DNA of 64,000 nt from NCBI GenBank assembly GCA_963699755.1, contig CAVOVB010000001.1:1216001-1280000 (forward strand), read 5' to 3'. The notes under the pieces are model-generated. The model was given only the letters and a program-made list of their open reading frames with translations. It ran no database searches and was not told the origin of the DNA. This document shows positions 1 to 9,240 of this stretch, piece after piece; the first letter of the stretch is position 1, and each line of letters opens with the position of its first letter. Origin of the DNA: an uncultured delta proteobacterium. GTDB taxonomy: Bacteria > Myxococcota_A > Polyangia > Polyangiales > Houyiibacteriaceae. The position numbers and the translations under genes were made by a program.

Positions 1-46
1 GATGCAACATACTTATGTTGCTGACGCCCAACATCCCGCGGAGCCC

Positions 47-1141
47 ATGTCGAAGCGTGACTACTACGAAATTCTCGAAGTCCACCGCGACGCTACAACG
101 GTCGAGCTGAAGAAGGCCTACCGCCAGAAGGCGCTCGAGCTTCACCCGGATCGCAACCCGGGCGACCCCAAAGCCGAGGAGGAGTTCAAGATCTGCGCTG
201 AGGCCTATTCGGTCCTGAGCGACCCCCAGAAGCGCCAGATCTATGATCGCTACGGGCATGCAGGCTTGGGCGGTGTTGGCGCACCGGGCTTCGGCGACAT
301 CGGTGACGTCTTCAGTCAGTTCCAAGACATCTTTGGCGACCTCTTCGGTGGCGGCGGTGGGTTTGGCTTCGGCGGTTTCGGCCGGCGGCGACGTGACCCC
401 AATGGTCCCGCGCGCGGCGCCGACATTCGGACCGATGTCAGTTTGTCGCTTCGCGAGGCGGCGTTCGGTGCGACACGCAAAATCGATCTCTCGCATCCAT
501 CACCGTGCGCAGCCTGCCGCGGCACTGGGGCCAAGGGTGGTGAGCTCCAGAGCTGCGAAACCTGCGGTGGCCGAGGACAAGTCGCGCGGGCACAGGGCGC
601 ATTCGTGATGACGACCAGCTGCCCGAGCTGCCGAGGGCAGGGTGCGCGGGCCAAGGAGGCCTGCGACGAATGTGATGGAGTCGGCCAGGTCGACGTCGAG
701 CGCGTCGTGAAGGTCAACGTGCCTGGCGGCGTCGACGCCGGTCAGAGCCTTCGACTCAGCGGCAAGGGGCAGGAGGGCGTCCGTGGCGGTCCGGCGGGCG
801 ATCTCTACGTCACCGTGCATGTCGAGCCCGACGAAGACTTCCAGCGAGATGGCTTCGACCTGGTACACCGTCTCGTGGTGACCTATCCCCAGGCCGCGCT
901 CGGCGCGAAAATCGACGTACCTGCCTTTGAAGAGGACGAGGGCGCGACCCAAACGATCAAGGTACCCTCAGGCACCCAGCACGGCGAGACCGTCGTGGTC
1001 CGAGGTGGTGGCGTGCCTCGGCTGAACGGCCGTGGGCGCGGCGATTTGGTCTGTGTGGTTGAAGTCGAAGTGCCGAAGCGGCTTTCGCGCGAGCAGAAGC
1101 GGCTGCTCAAGGATCTGGACCTTAGTTTCGAGCGGTCTTGA
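47..1141 (+). CDS. dnaJ: Molecular chaperone DnaJ (class A)
   Basis: [12 protein letters not shown] start, J-domain HPD motif, G/F-rich region, four CxxCxGxG zinc-finger repeats, GDL motifs in C-terminal domain. Confidence 0.97.
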   Translation: MSKRDYYEILEVHRDATTVELKKAYRQKALELHPDRNPGDPKAEEEFKICAEAYSVLSDPQKRQIYDRYGHAGLGGVGAPGFGDIGDVFSQFQDIFGDLFGGGGGFGFGGFGRRRRDPNGPARGADIRTDVSLSLREAAFGATRKIDLSHPSPCAACRGTGAKGGELQSCETCGGRGQVARAQGAFVMTTSCPSCRGQGARAKEACDECDGVGQVDVERVVKVNVPGGVDAGQSLRLSGKGQEGVRGGPAGDLYVTVHVEPDEDFQRDGFDLVHRLVVTYPQAALGAKIDVPAFEEDEGATQTIKVPSGTQHGETVVVRGGGVPRLNGRGRGDLVCVVEVEVPKRLSREQKRLLKDLDLSFERS

Positions 1142-1214
1142 GAAGGGCTGGAGATCAGGTCGCGTCCGGGTGTAGGCTGGTCGCCTGCTCTGGGACACGT
1201 CCCCGCGGAGATGA

Positions 1215-2990
1215 TTGATGCAGCCTCTTTCCGGACTCGACTCTTCCTTTCTCTTTCTCGAAGACGCACACCAACCGATGCACGTCGGCAGCGTCTTGGT
1301 CTTCGAGGGCTCGATGGATTTCGAAAGCTTTCGTCAAACGATGGCGTCGCGGGTACATCTGGTGCCACGGCTTCGGCAGCGGCTCGTCATGGTGCCCTTT
1401 GGCATCGGAAAGCCCTACTGGGTGGACGACCCGGCGTTCAATCTCGACATGCATCTGCAGCACGTCGCGCTCCCGAACCCCGGAAGCTGGAAGGAGCTTC
1501 GCGGACTTGCCGCACGAATCTTCAGCGTGCCGCTCGATCGGAGCCGACCGCTCTGGGAGATGACCTTCGTCGAAGGGCTCAATCAGATCCCTCAGGTGCC
1601 ACCTGGCTCGGTTGCTGTGATCAACAAGATCCATCACGCGGCGATCGACGGCGTCTCCGGCGCGGACATGATGGGCGTCCTCCTCGACATGACGAAAGAG
1701 CCTCGAAAATTCAGCCCGCCGCCTCCGCGTGCGATTCCGCCGGTGCCAAACGAGCTCCAAGTGCTGTCACACACCGCCCGCAAGATCATGGGCAAGCCGA
1801 GCGAGATCAAGCGAGTCGCAGGCGAGCTCGGGGACGCGCTCCGCGCTGCAGCCAAGGTGAAGGACAGGGGCATCGATGCGCCTCCCATTCCGATGACCGC
1901 GCCGCCCACGCCGATCAATCACACGATCACCGGTCAGCGAATCTGGAACACCGCACTGCTCGAGCTCGATCGCGTCAAAGGGATTCGCAAGATCGCCGGC
2001 TGCACTCTCAACGACGTGGTGCTGGCGATTTGCGCCGGTGCGCTTCGTCGCTACCTAGATGAGAAGGGCGAGCTTCCCGACAAGCCCTTGATCGCCATGG
2101 TCCCGGTGTCGACGCGTGGGGAAGATGAACGAGGCAAGATGGGCAACAGAGTTTCTGCGATGTTCCTCGACATCGCGACCGACGTGGCCGATCCGGTGGA
2201 ACGCCTCAAAGTCATCCAGCGGCATACGCAAGGCGGCAAGGCGTTCGAAAAGGCCGGCGCAACGCGCGCCTTCGTCGACCTTTGGGATTTTGTTCCGTTT
2301 GGTTTGGCCAATCGCGTGCTTCGGCTCTACTCGCGCTTTCGCGTCTCGGAGATGCACAACCCGGTGTTCAACTGCGTGATCACCAACGTGCCGGGGCCGC
2401 AGATGGACATGTACATGGCGGGGCACAAGCTCTTGGCGAGCATGGGTATGGCGCCTTTGGTCGATGGGATGGGCCTGCTGATCACCGTGCTCAGTTACAA
2501 TGGCGTCCTCTCGATCAGTCCAACGTCCTCGCCCTCGGTCATGCCGGACCTCGACCAGTTCACGCGATACCTGCGTGAGTCAGCAAACGAGCTCGAGGCG
2601 GCCGTGGTTCCGCACCGGCTTCCCTATGCCGAAGCCGGCGACCCTCAGGCGCAGGCGGTGGCCGAGATGACCGCGGCCTTCGTGGCGCGAATGCGGTCAA
2701 CCCTCGAGCAAGCACCCGACGATCGCTCGCTTCAAGAGGGCAAGTTTCACCTTCGGATCACGGGCCTTGGCGAGCAGAGCTGGATGATCGACATGCAAGA
2801 CCGAAGCGTCACCGAGGGCAACGGCCGGCCGGCGGACGCCACCCTCACGATCCGCGACGCGCATCTTGCCGAAATTCTAAACGGCAACCTAGACCCGCAG
2901 ATCGCCTTCGTGCAAGGCAAGCTCCGGGTCGACGGCGACATCAACAAGGCGATCGAGTTCGGCAGCTTTTTGCCGAAGATGATCGCCTAG
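1215..2990 (+). CDS. Wax ester synthase/diacylglycerol acyltransferase with C-terminal SCP2 sterol-carrier domain
   Basis: LSGLDSSFL and PMHVG N-terminus, LDRSRPLWE, catalytic HHAAIDG, ITNVPGP; C-terminal ADATLTI...AFVQGKLRVDGD typical of SCP2. Confidence 0.92.
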   Translation: MMQPLSGLDSSFLFLEDAHQPMHVGSVLVFEGSMDFESFRQTMASRVHLVPRLRQRLVMVPFGIGKPYWVDDPAFNLDMHLQHVALPNPGSWKELRGLAARIFSVPLDRSRPLWEMTFVEGLNQIPQVPPGSVAVINKIHHAAIDGVSGADMMGVLLDMTKEPRKFSPPPPRAIPPVPNELQVLSHTARKIMGKPSEIKRVAGELGDALRAAAKVKDRGIDAPPIPMTAPPTPINHTITGQRIWNTALLELDRVKGIRKIAGCTLNDVVLAICAGALRRYLDEKGELPDKPLIAMVPVSTRGEDERGKMGNRVSAMFLDIATDVADPVERLKVIQRHTQGGKAFEKAGATRAFVDLWDFVPFGLANRVLRLYSRFRVSEMHNPVFNCVITNVPGPQMDMYMAGHKLLASMGMAPLVDGMGLLITVLSYNGVLSISPTSSPSVMPDLDQFTRYLRESANELEAAVVPHRLPYAEAGDPQAQAVAEMTAAFVARMRSTLEQAPDDRSLQEGKFHLRITGLGEQSWMIDMQDRSVTEGNGRPADATLTIRDAHLAEILNGNLDPQIAFVQGKLRVDGDINKAIEFGSFLPKMIA

Positions 2991-3011
2991 GTCGCGTCCG
3001 CCCGCTCAGTC

Positions 3012-5213
3012 TCAGCGAAGGGCGCTGAACCGCTGTGGCTGGGTGTCACCGGGCAGCTTGGCGCGAAGCTCGGGCAGCTCTTCGGCTGCGAGCCATTGAT
3101 AGACGCCGTAGGTTTGCAGGACCCGGCGCGTGTAACGTCGCGTTTCGTCGTAAGGAATCTCTTCGATGAAGACGTCGAGTGGGCGAGCTGCGTCCTCTTG
3201 AAGCCAGCGACGGACCGCGCCTTCGCCGGCGTTGTAGGCCGACGGCACGAGTGCGGGGTTTTCGTTCAAGCGGCCCCAGAGCCAGGCCATGTAGCGCGCT
3301 CCGATCTTGAGGTTGACCTCGGGCTTTTTCAACGTGCGCGGGGTCGCTTTGACGCCGAGCTCGGTAGCGAAGCGCTTGGCCGTGGGCATGATCAGCTGAA
3401 CGAGCCCGTAGGCCTTGGCCCAGGACACCGCTTCGGGGTCGAAGGAGCTCTCTTCGCGGGCGATCGCGCGCACGAAAGAAGCGGGAATCCCTTCCTCTTC
3501 GGCGATTCGTTCAATCAGGGGGGAGAAGGCCTGCGGGTAGGTCGCCTCCCAAATCAACTTGCCTTCACCTCTAGGGAGCAGGCCTTCGAAGTCTTCGAAG
3601 TGTGTTCGAATGACGCGGCTGAGCTTCGCCTCTGCGCCCGCGTGTTGGAGAAGCACGGCGCCGACGACCGCCATCTCGGGATCGACGTCGCTGCCGAGCA
3701 TGCGGAGGCTCGACATCTCCGAGGAAGCGTAGGTGACCTCGTTGACGAGCAAGAGCTCGACCATGCGATCGAAGGCCGGCTCGTCGAACTCGTCGCGCCA
3801 GGAAAACACCATGCGTGTCGGCTCCTCGCTGGATCGCATCTCGGTCATGATCGACCTGGCTCGGGCCGGGTCGATTTCGCCAAGTCGCCAGAGCGCCTGC
3901 TGCGCGTAGTAACGAAGTGGCCAACGCTCGACGATTTCTTCGTAGGCATCGGCAGCGTCGATGCGTTGGCCCATCAGGTACAGTGCGCGGGCGCGCCAGT
4001 AGTTCGCTCGTCCGGTGATGCCCTCTTGGCGTTCGTCGCCGCCACGCTTCACCAGGTCGTCGAAGCGCTCGTATGCGCTTTGGTACTCTCCATTGCGAAA
4101 CTGAACCCAGCCCAGCTTGAACAGTGCGCGCGCCCACATGTCGCCGTCCGGGTAGAGCTTCGGAATCAAAGCCAGTCGTGCGAGTGAGGCCTTTTTTCTA
4201 CCATTTTCGAGCTCTGCGAGGGCCGCGCGGTAGCTCGCATCGTCGGCGAGGCTGTGGTCGGGCGCTTCGGCTTCGAGCTTTTCGAACTGTCGGATCGACT
4301 CGTCCCATTGCCCGATGCGGCCATAGGCGCGCGCGGCGTAGTAGCGAGCCCAGGTCCGCATGTCACGGTCGACCTTGGCGCACTTGTCCGCGACCTCCCG
4401 CATCACCGGAGCGCCTCGTGTACGCTCTCGGTCTTGGATGAGCGCCCGACCCTGCTTGTAGCGAGCCTTGCACCAGATCGGGCCACCGGTCTTGAGGTGT
4501 TTGACGAGCTTCCCGAGGAGGAGCTCGGCCTCACGGTAGCGCTTGTCGTTGTAGAGCGAATCGGCCTTGTCGAGGCTCTGTTGCATCCGCGGGCGAACGT
4601 CTTGCGTAGCGGGAACCGTCGCAGTGCTCGCCGGAGTTGTGGCCGGGAGCGAGCCGTCCAATCGGAGCTCTAGCTCTGCGCCGGACTCGCTGGTCTTGCC
4701 GGTACGGATTTCGATCGTGCGCGCGCGGTCGCTGCCTGCCCAGTCGTCCGTCAGCGAGGCGACGATCTGCGCTGCGATCACCGGATCCCTTCGCTCGAGA
4801 AGGGACGCACGCTTCAACTTCGCCCAGCGCGCGAGAGGGTGATTGAACGTCCCGAGCGTATCGAGGTGAGCGAGGGCGACCTCGGTGTAACCCTCGGCGC
4901 TCGCCGCCTCGGCCGCCAGCCAGTGAAGTCGGCCCTTGTCCTTGGCGCCAGCGCTCGGCAGCGAAGCTTCGGCGAGCTCGCGCGCTCGCCCGGCATTGCC
5001 CTTGTCGAGTTGCTTGCGGACCTGCATCACCGGCGACTTGTCGCGCAGCTCGACGATGACGGGGTCGAGAACCTTAGGCGGCGGCGCAGGAGCGGCGGCG
5101 ACCACGGGCTGTGGCTCGGCAGGTGGCGGCCAGACTTCGCGCTGCACGTTCTGCTCCTGATGGCAGGCCACCAGCAGCCCCATGCACGTCGCGACAGGCC
5201 AGATCCGCTTCAT
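3012..5213 (-). CDS. Soluble lytic murein transglycosylase-like lipoprotein with TPR repeats
   Basis: Lipobox LVAC, TPR-like helices, SLT motifs IAREESSF, GLVQL, AYNAG, ETRRY. Confidence 0.9.
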   Translation of the reverse strand: MKRIWPVATCMGLLVACHQEQNVQREVWPPPAEPQPVVAAAPAPPPKVLDPVIVELRDKSPVMQVRKQLDKGNAGRARELAEASLPSAGAKDKGRLHWLAAEAASAEGYTEVALAHLDTLGTFNHPLARWAKLKRASLLERRDPVIAAQIVASLTDDWAGSDRARTIEIRTGKTSESGAELELRLDGSLPATTPASTATVPATQDVRPRMQQSLDKADSLYNDKRYREAELLLGKLVKHLKTGGPIWCKARYKQGRALIQDRERTRGAPVMREVADKCAKVDRDMRTWARYYAARAYGRIGQWDESIRQFEKLEAEAPDHSLADDASYRAALAELENGRKKASLARLALIPKLYPDGDMWARALFKLGWVQFRNGEYQSAYERFDDLVKRGGDERQEGITGRANYWRARALYLMGQRIDAADAYEEIVERWPLRYYAQQALWRLGEIDPARARSIMTEMRSSEEPTRMVFSWRDEFDEPAFDRMVELLLVNEVTYASSEMSSLRMLGSDVDPEMAVVGAVLLQHAGAEAKLSRVIRTHFEDFEGLLPRGEGKLIWEATYPQAFSPLIERIAEEEGIPASFVRAIAREESSFDPEAVSWAKAYGLVQLIMPTAKRFATELGVKATPRTLKKPEVNLKIGARYMAWLWGRLNENPALVPSAYNAGEGAVRRWLQEDAARPLDVFIEEIPYDETRRYTRRVLQTYGVYQWLAAEELPELRAKLPGDTQPQRFSALR

Positions 5214-5350
5214 CTACCGAACCCTAGTGAGTCCTTCCTGGACGGGCAAGTTCCCCCCGCAAAGTCGATGCTTCGCGCCGATCACGGGGCTTGGGATCGT
5301 GAAGTCTACGCTTCGCCTCGGCTAGGGCCCTTCGCCCCCTCAGCGCGCGC

Positions 5351-7003
5351 GTGATAAGGGGATCGCGAGTGAGCTACGCCTTTCAGATCGGCGCGCGCTA
5401 TCTTCGCTCGAAGAAGCGCGCCACGGTTTCCATGATCACCCTGATCTCGATCATCGGAGTCGCCCTGGGGGTTGCGGCCCTGTTGGCTGTCCTGTCGATC
5501 ACTACCGGTTTCGAAAATGCCTTCCGGGACAAGGTGCTTGGGGTGAACGCACACGTTCTGGTCTTGAAATACGGTCGCGAGTTCCGGGACTATCGCGACG
5601 TCCTCGCCACGGTCGGCGAGATGCCGGAGGTTGCTGGGATCGCCCCGTTCTCGATCAACGAGATGATGCTCACCAAAGGCGAGCGCCGCGGGGTCGTTCT
5701 CGTCAAAGGCGTCACCCCCGAAGGCCTTCGCACCGTCCTCGACCTCCCGCATCAACTGCTGATCGGCGGCCTCGAGGGCTTACGCCGGCCCGGTGCGGTT
5801 CCAACCCAGAGCGAAGCACCCCAGGCCGACGACGACTGGCAATGGCTCCGCGACATCCGCGACGGTAGGGGCTCACCCGGGAGCGGGGGCCTGGGTACGA
5901 GGGTTCCCGACTCCGCGTTACCCGCGCGCTCGGCACGGCTGGATGGGAAAGGGGACAGCCCCCTCGTCGAGGAGGCGCCGGCTCGCAGGAAGACCTTCTG
6001 GGAAGAGGAGCAGGAGCGACGGCAAGGGCAGCGGGAGGCCGAACGCAAGGCCCGTCGGCCCCGTCTCGGGGCGGTGGCGGAGCCCGACGAGATCGAATCG
6101 ATGCTCGGGGGCTTCGATGACCAGGACTTGGAGCTTCCCGATGACCCCGCCTGGGAAGCCGGCCTTTCCTACGGCGAGGCGCAGGAGCCGGTCGAGACGC
6201 TACCAGGGATCATAGTCGGCAAGACCCTGGCCGAGGATCTGGGCCTGAAGGTCGGCGATCGTGTGCGATTGATTTCGCCGCTCGCCGCGCTCGGCTTGGC
6301 GCTTTCAGAAGCGCGCGGCTCGGTGACCCGTTCGCGCGAGTTTCGGGTCATCGGTGTATTCCAGGCGGGCTTTCAGGAATATGACTCGGGCCTGGTCTAC
6401 ACCGACCTCTTCGAAGCCCAGCGTCTCTTCGACGAGGGCGACAACGTCACCGGCGTCGAGCTCCGCGTCCACGACCTCGACACATCGTTCGAGCTCGCCC
6501 GTCGCATCGAGCAGGACCTCGGCGGCGCCTTTCATTCGCTCGACTGGTCGGAGCTCAACCGCAACCTCTTCACGGCGCTCGAGGTCCAAAAGATCGCGCT
6601 CACCTTGGTCATCGCCACCATTATCTTCGTGGCGGCCTTCAACGTGATCGCCACCTTGATCATGGTAGTCCTCGAAAAGAAGCGAGAGATCGCCATCCTG
6701 AAAGCGATGGGCGCCACCGATTGGACCGTCCTCGGCATTTTCATGCTCCAAGGCGTCGTCGTCGGCGTGATAGGAACCTTCGCTGGTGTCATCGTCGGCG
6801 GCGGCCTCGTCACCTACCTCGATAAGATCCAATTCCCGCTCGATCCGAAGGTGTACTTGATCGATCATCTCCCGGTGGTGCTCAACCCGAGCGTCTTTCT
6901 CATCACCATCGCGATCGCGCTTCTGATCTGCACCTTGTCGACGATTGCGCCCTCTTGGTGGGCCGCGCGGATGCTCCCGGTCGACGGCCTGCGATACGAG
7001 TAA
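5351..7003 (+). CDS. Lipoprotein-releasing ABC transporter permease, LolC/E (FtsX/MacB) family
   Basis: RYLRSKKR, GVALGVAALL, EKKREIAILKAMGA, VYLIDHLP, PVDGLRYE C-terminus; long periplasmic insertion; exact start uncertain. Confidence 0.9.
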   Translation: MIRGSRVSYAFQIGARYLRSKKRATVSMITLISIIGVALGVAALLAVLSITTGFENAFRDKVLGVNAHVLVLKYGREFRDYRDVLATVGEMPEVAGIAPFSINEMMLTKGERRGVVLVKGVTPEGLRTVLDLPHQLLIGGLEGLRRPGAVPTQSEAPQADDDWQWLRDIRDGRGSPGSGGLGTRVPDSALPARSARLDGKGDSPLVEEAPARRKTFWEEEQERRQGQREAERKARRPRLGAVAEPDEIESMLGGFDDQDLELPDDPAWEAGLSYGEAQEPVETLPGIIVGKTLAEDLGLKVGDRVRLISPLAALGLALSEARGSVTRSREFRVIGVFQAGFQEYDSGLVYTDLFEAQRLFDEGDNVTGVELRVHDLDTSFELARRIEQDLGGAFHSLDWSELNRNLFTALEVQKIALTLVIATIIFVAAFNVIATLIMVVLEKKREIAILKAMGATDWTVLGIFMLQGVVVGVIGTFAGVIVGGGLVTYLDKIQFPLDPKVYLIDHLPVVLNPSVFLITIAIALLICTLSTIAPSWWAARMLPVDGLRYE

Positions 7004-7110
7004 GAGCCCGACGACCCCTGGTTTCCTGGTCGGAGGTCCTCGGTGCGAGCGCGTCGCAGCCCAGCGCTCCCTCGCGATCGCCTCGGGTTCATGTGGCGCG
7101 AGCCAGGAGC

Positions 7111-7140
7111 TTGACGCCCCGGCCCGGCCGCGCTACCCAT
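7111..7140 (+). promoter_or_regulatory. Putative sigma70-type promoter of tRNA-Gly
   Basis: TTGACG, 17-nt spacer, TACCCA just upstream of the tRNA; -10 is imperfect. Confidence 0.45.
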
Positions 7141-7151
7141 GGCGTCCTTTT

Positions 7152-7223
<72 letters not shown>

Positions 7224-7233
7224 CTAAGATAGC

Positions 7234-8417
7234 TCAGTCGTTACGGGTGGTTTCGCGACGGCTGGCACTTCGAGCGTCGTCCCCGGTTTGGGAACCTTCC
7301 ACACGATGTTCCACTTTGGGACCATCGACGAGCGCGAGCGCGCGGTCGACCGCGCCTTGCTTCTCCTCGCGCGCGATGTGCGAGTAGTGAAGGAACATCT
7401 CTTCCGTCGTGTGGCCGATCATCGAACGCGTGATCGCGCCCGAGGCCACTTGGCGGAGGATGTTGTTCCAGGTTCGGCGAAAGCCGTGAATGGTGAAGCG
7501 GTCGCGGATGCCGACCGCCTCTAGAGCTCGCTCGAGGGGCTTTCGGAGCGAGGCGTTGCGGTGATGAGTCCCGACGCGGCTCGGGAAGCCCAGGCCCTCG
7601 GATAGCCCAGGAGCCTGGTCTCGGACGAGCCGCTGTCGGTGTTGCTTGAGGACCGCCTTGAGCAGCGGTGGGGGAGAGGCACGTCTCGGACCTTGCCGGT
7701 TTTGGTCGTGCCCACGCGGCCCTGCCACTGCGAACGGCGGATCCAGATCACGTCGGCTTCCTCGTCGATGTCGGACCACTTCAGTGCCGACACCTCGCCG
7801 AAGCGTGCGCCCGTGAGCGCCATGGTGAGGAACAGTGGGTACCAGTCGGGCTCGGTCTCCCGCAGGTAGCCCAGGACCCGTCGCAGATCCTCGGGCTTCA
7901 GCCGGTTCCCAACCGGGGGCGCCTCGGGAAGCGTGCTCACGCGAGCGCAGGGGTCCCGAGGCAGCCCGAGCTGCGCCTGCGCGTCCCGCAGCAGCGTACG
8001 AAGCAGCCTCAGCCGCGAGTTGATGGTGCGGGGCTTGCCCTGTTGGGCATCACGCCATCGGAGCACGTCCTGAGGCGTGATGGCATCGACGTAGTAGTCC
8101 CCCAACGCAGGCAGGATGTGCTGGTCGAGGGCGACCGCGTACTTGTCCCGCGTCGAAGGCTTAAGAGTGGGAATCTTCCCACTCATCCACGAGCTCGCGT
8201 GTTCGCCAAGGCGAAGACGGTGCTCTGGGGCCGTGCCGCCCGTCAGCAAGAGGGTACGAAGCAACTCCCTTTGGGAGCTCGCCTCGGCCATGCTGGTGGC
8301 GGCGATCACTTTCTTCTGATCCCTTCGCTTGTCCGTCTTCGGATCGTTCCAAGTCACTCGAACTCGATAGCGACCCGACGACAGGCGTTCGATTCCCGGA
8401 TAACGAGATTTGCTCAT
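7234..8417 (-). pseudogene. Tyrosine recombinase/integrase split by a 1-nt frameshift in the G5 run at 7670-7674
   Basis: SD GGAGGAG before ATG 8417; frame 1 has arm-binding and core domains, TGARFGE and TKTGK; frame 2 continues with HGFRR, MIGH and LHYSH (catalytic Tyr). Real lesion or homopolymer error. Confidence 0.88.
7297..7322 (+). repeat. Left arm-type integrase site candidate
   Basis: TTCCAC-acgatg-TTCCACTTT-GGGAC; same motif and 12-bp period at 14991-15011. Confidence 0.65.
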
Positions 8418-8652
8418 GTGCTCCTCCCGTCCCGGACGCTGCGTACCGCTGCGCAGCATAGCGCCGGCACCCGTCGGCAATCCAGCGGTCGAGCGTCGAG
8501 CGCCGAAACATCAGCGTTCGCCGGGGGCCGCGCCCATCCGGTGACAACACACCGCGGTTCACGAGCGAACGGACACCGGAGGGCGTCAGCCCGAGAAAGG
8601 CCGTAGCGCTGCGACAGTCGAGCGATGGGTCGTCGTCCCATGGCGCCGTCAT
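8161..8652 (-). CDS. Excisionase-like winged HTH protein (HTH_17/MerR-like), 3' part overlapping int
   Basis: LDCRSATAFLGLTPSGVRSLVNRGVL...LMFRRSTLDRWI pattern; directly upstream of integrase. Confidence 0.7.
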   Translation of the reverse strand: MTAPWDDDPSLDCRSATAFLGLTPSGVRSLVNRGVLSPDGRGPRRTLMFRRSTLDRWIADGCRRYAAQRYAASGTGGAHEQISLSGNRTPVVGSLSSSSDLERSEDGQAKGSEESDRRHQHGRGELPKGVASYPLADGRHGPRAPSSPWRTRELVDEWEDSHS

Positions 8653-8790
8653 CGGGGCTCGTGGTTCGGGATCGCGTTCATGCTCATACCCTGTTATCGG
8701 TTTTGCCCCCCGAAAAGTTGTTCTGGATGCGGTAAGCGAGGTCACAGGAACGTCGGTTTGTCGCCCTCGGCGATAGAAATCGACCTGTGC

Positions 8791-8887
8791 GTTGCGTGGT
8801 GTTGCACGTCTTTGCACGAAGTTGCGTGGCACGCGCGACCGATTGCACGGTCGATCCGATTGTTGCGCTCCGTTGCGCACGGTTGCG
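8791..8887. repeat. Helically phased TTGC repeats (10-bp period)
   Basis: TTGC at 8792, 8802, 8812, 8822, 8843, 8863, 8873, 8883. Confidence 0.75.
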
Positions 8888-8918
8888 CCACATACACCGA
8901 TGTTGACGCAGTGGGGCA

Positions 8919-9003
8919 GGGCAAGATGTGGGATTGTAAGACATCGAAGATGTCCCAATCCCCGCGTGCCGCGCTCAACGCCTTCGGCTTATTCGCAGCG
9001 GAC
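8919..9003 (-). other. oriT-like module A (conserved core + hairpin + nic-like ACATCTTG^CCC)
   Basis: Hairpin 8930-8962 followed on the minus strand by ACATCTTG then CCC; core 8970-9003 shared with 13018-13050. Confidence 0.6.
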
Positions 9004-9240
9004 CAAACAAGGCGCAACACCTTCGCGCATTGGGAGCACAGTCACGCTCGAATCCGACAGAGAGGTCGTCTATGATGCTCGCAGAAACCGCCGCTGCGGG
9101 AGTCCAATGTCAGACGTGCCAACGCAGACTTCGGACCAGCCTATAACCGTTCGGATGAGTATTGGAAGAGCTTTGGCGAAGGGCGCCAAGTTCAACCTCT
9201 CATCTTTCTTCCGGTCTTGCTCCCGGGCTGTGGCCTGGCA

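Noticed and set aside
8791..8887. Short repeats as a CRISPR array
   Set aside because: Only a 4-5 bp core at 10-bp period, no spacers and no cas genes
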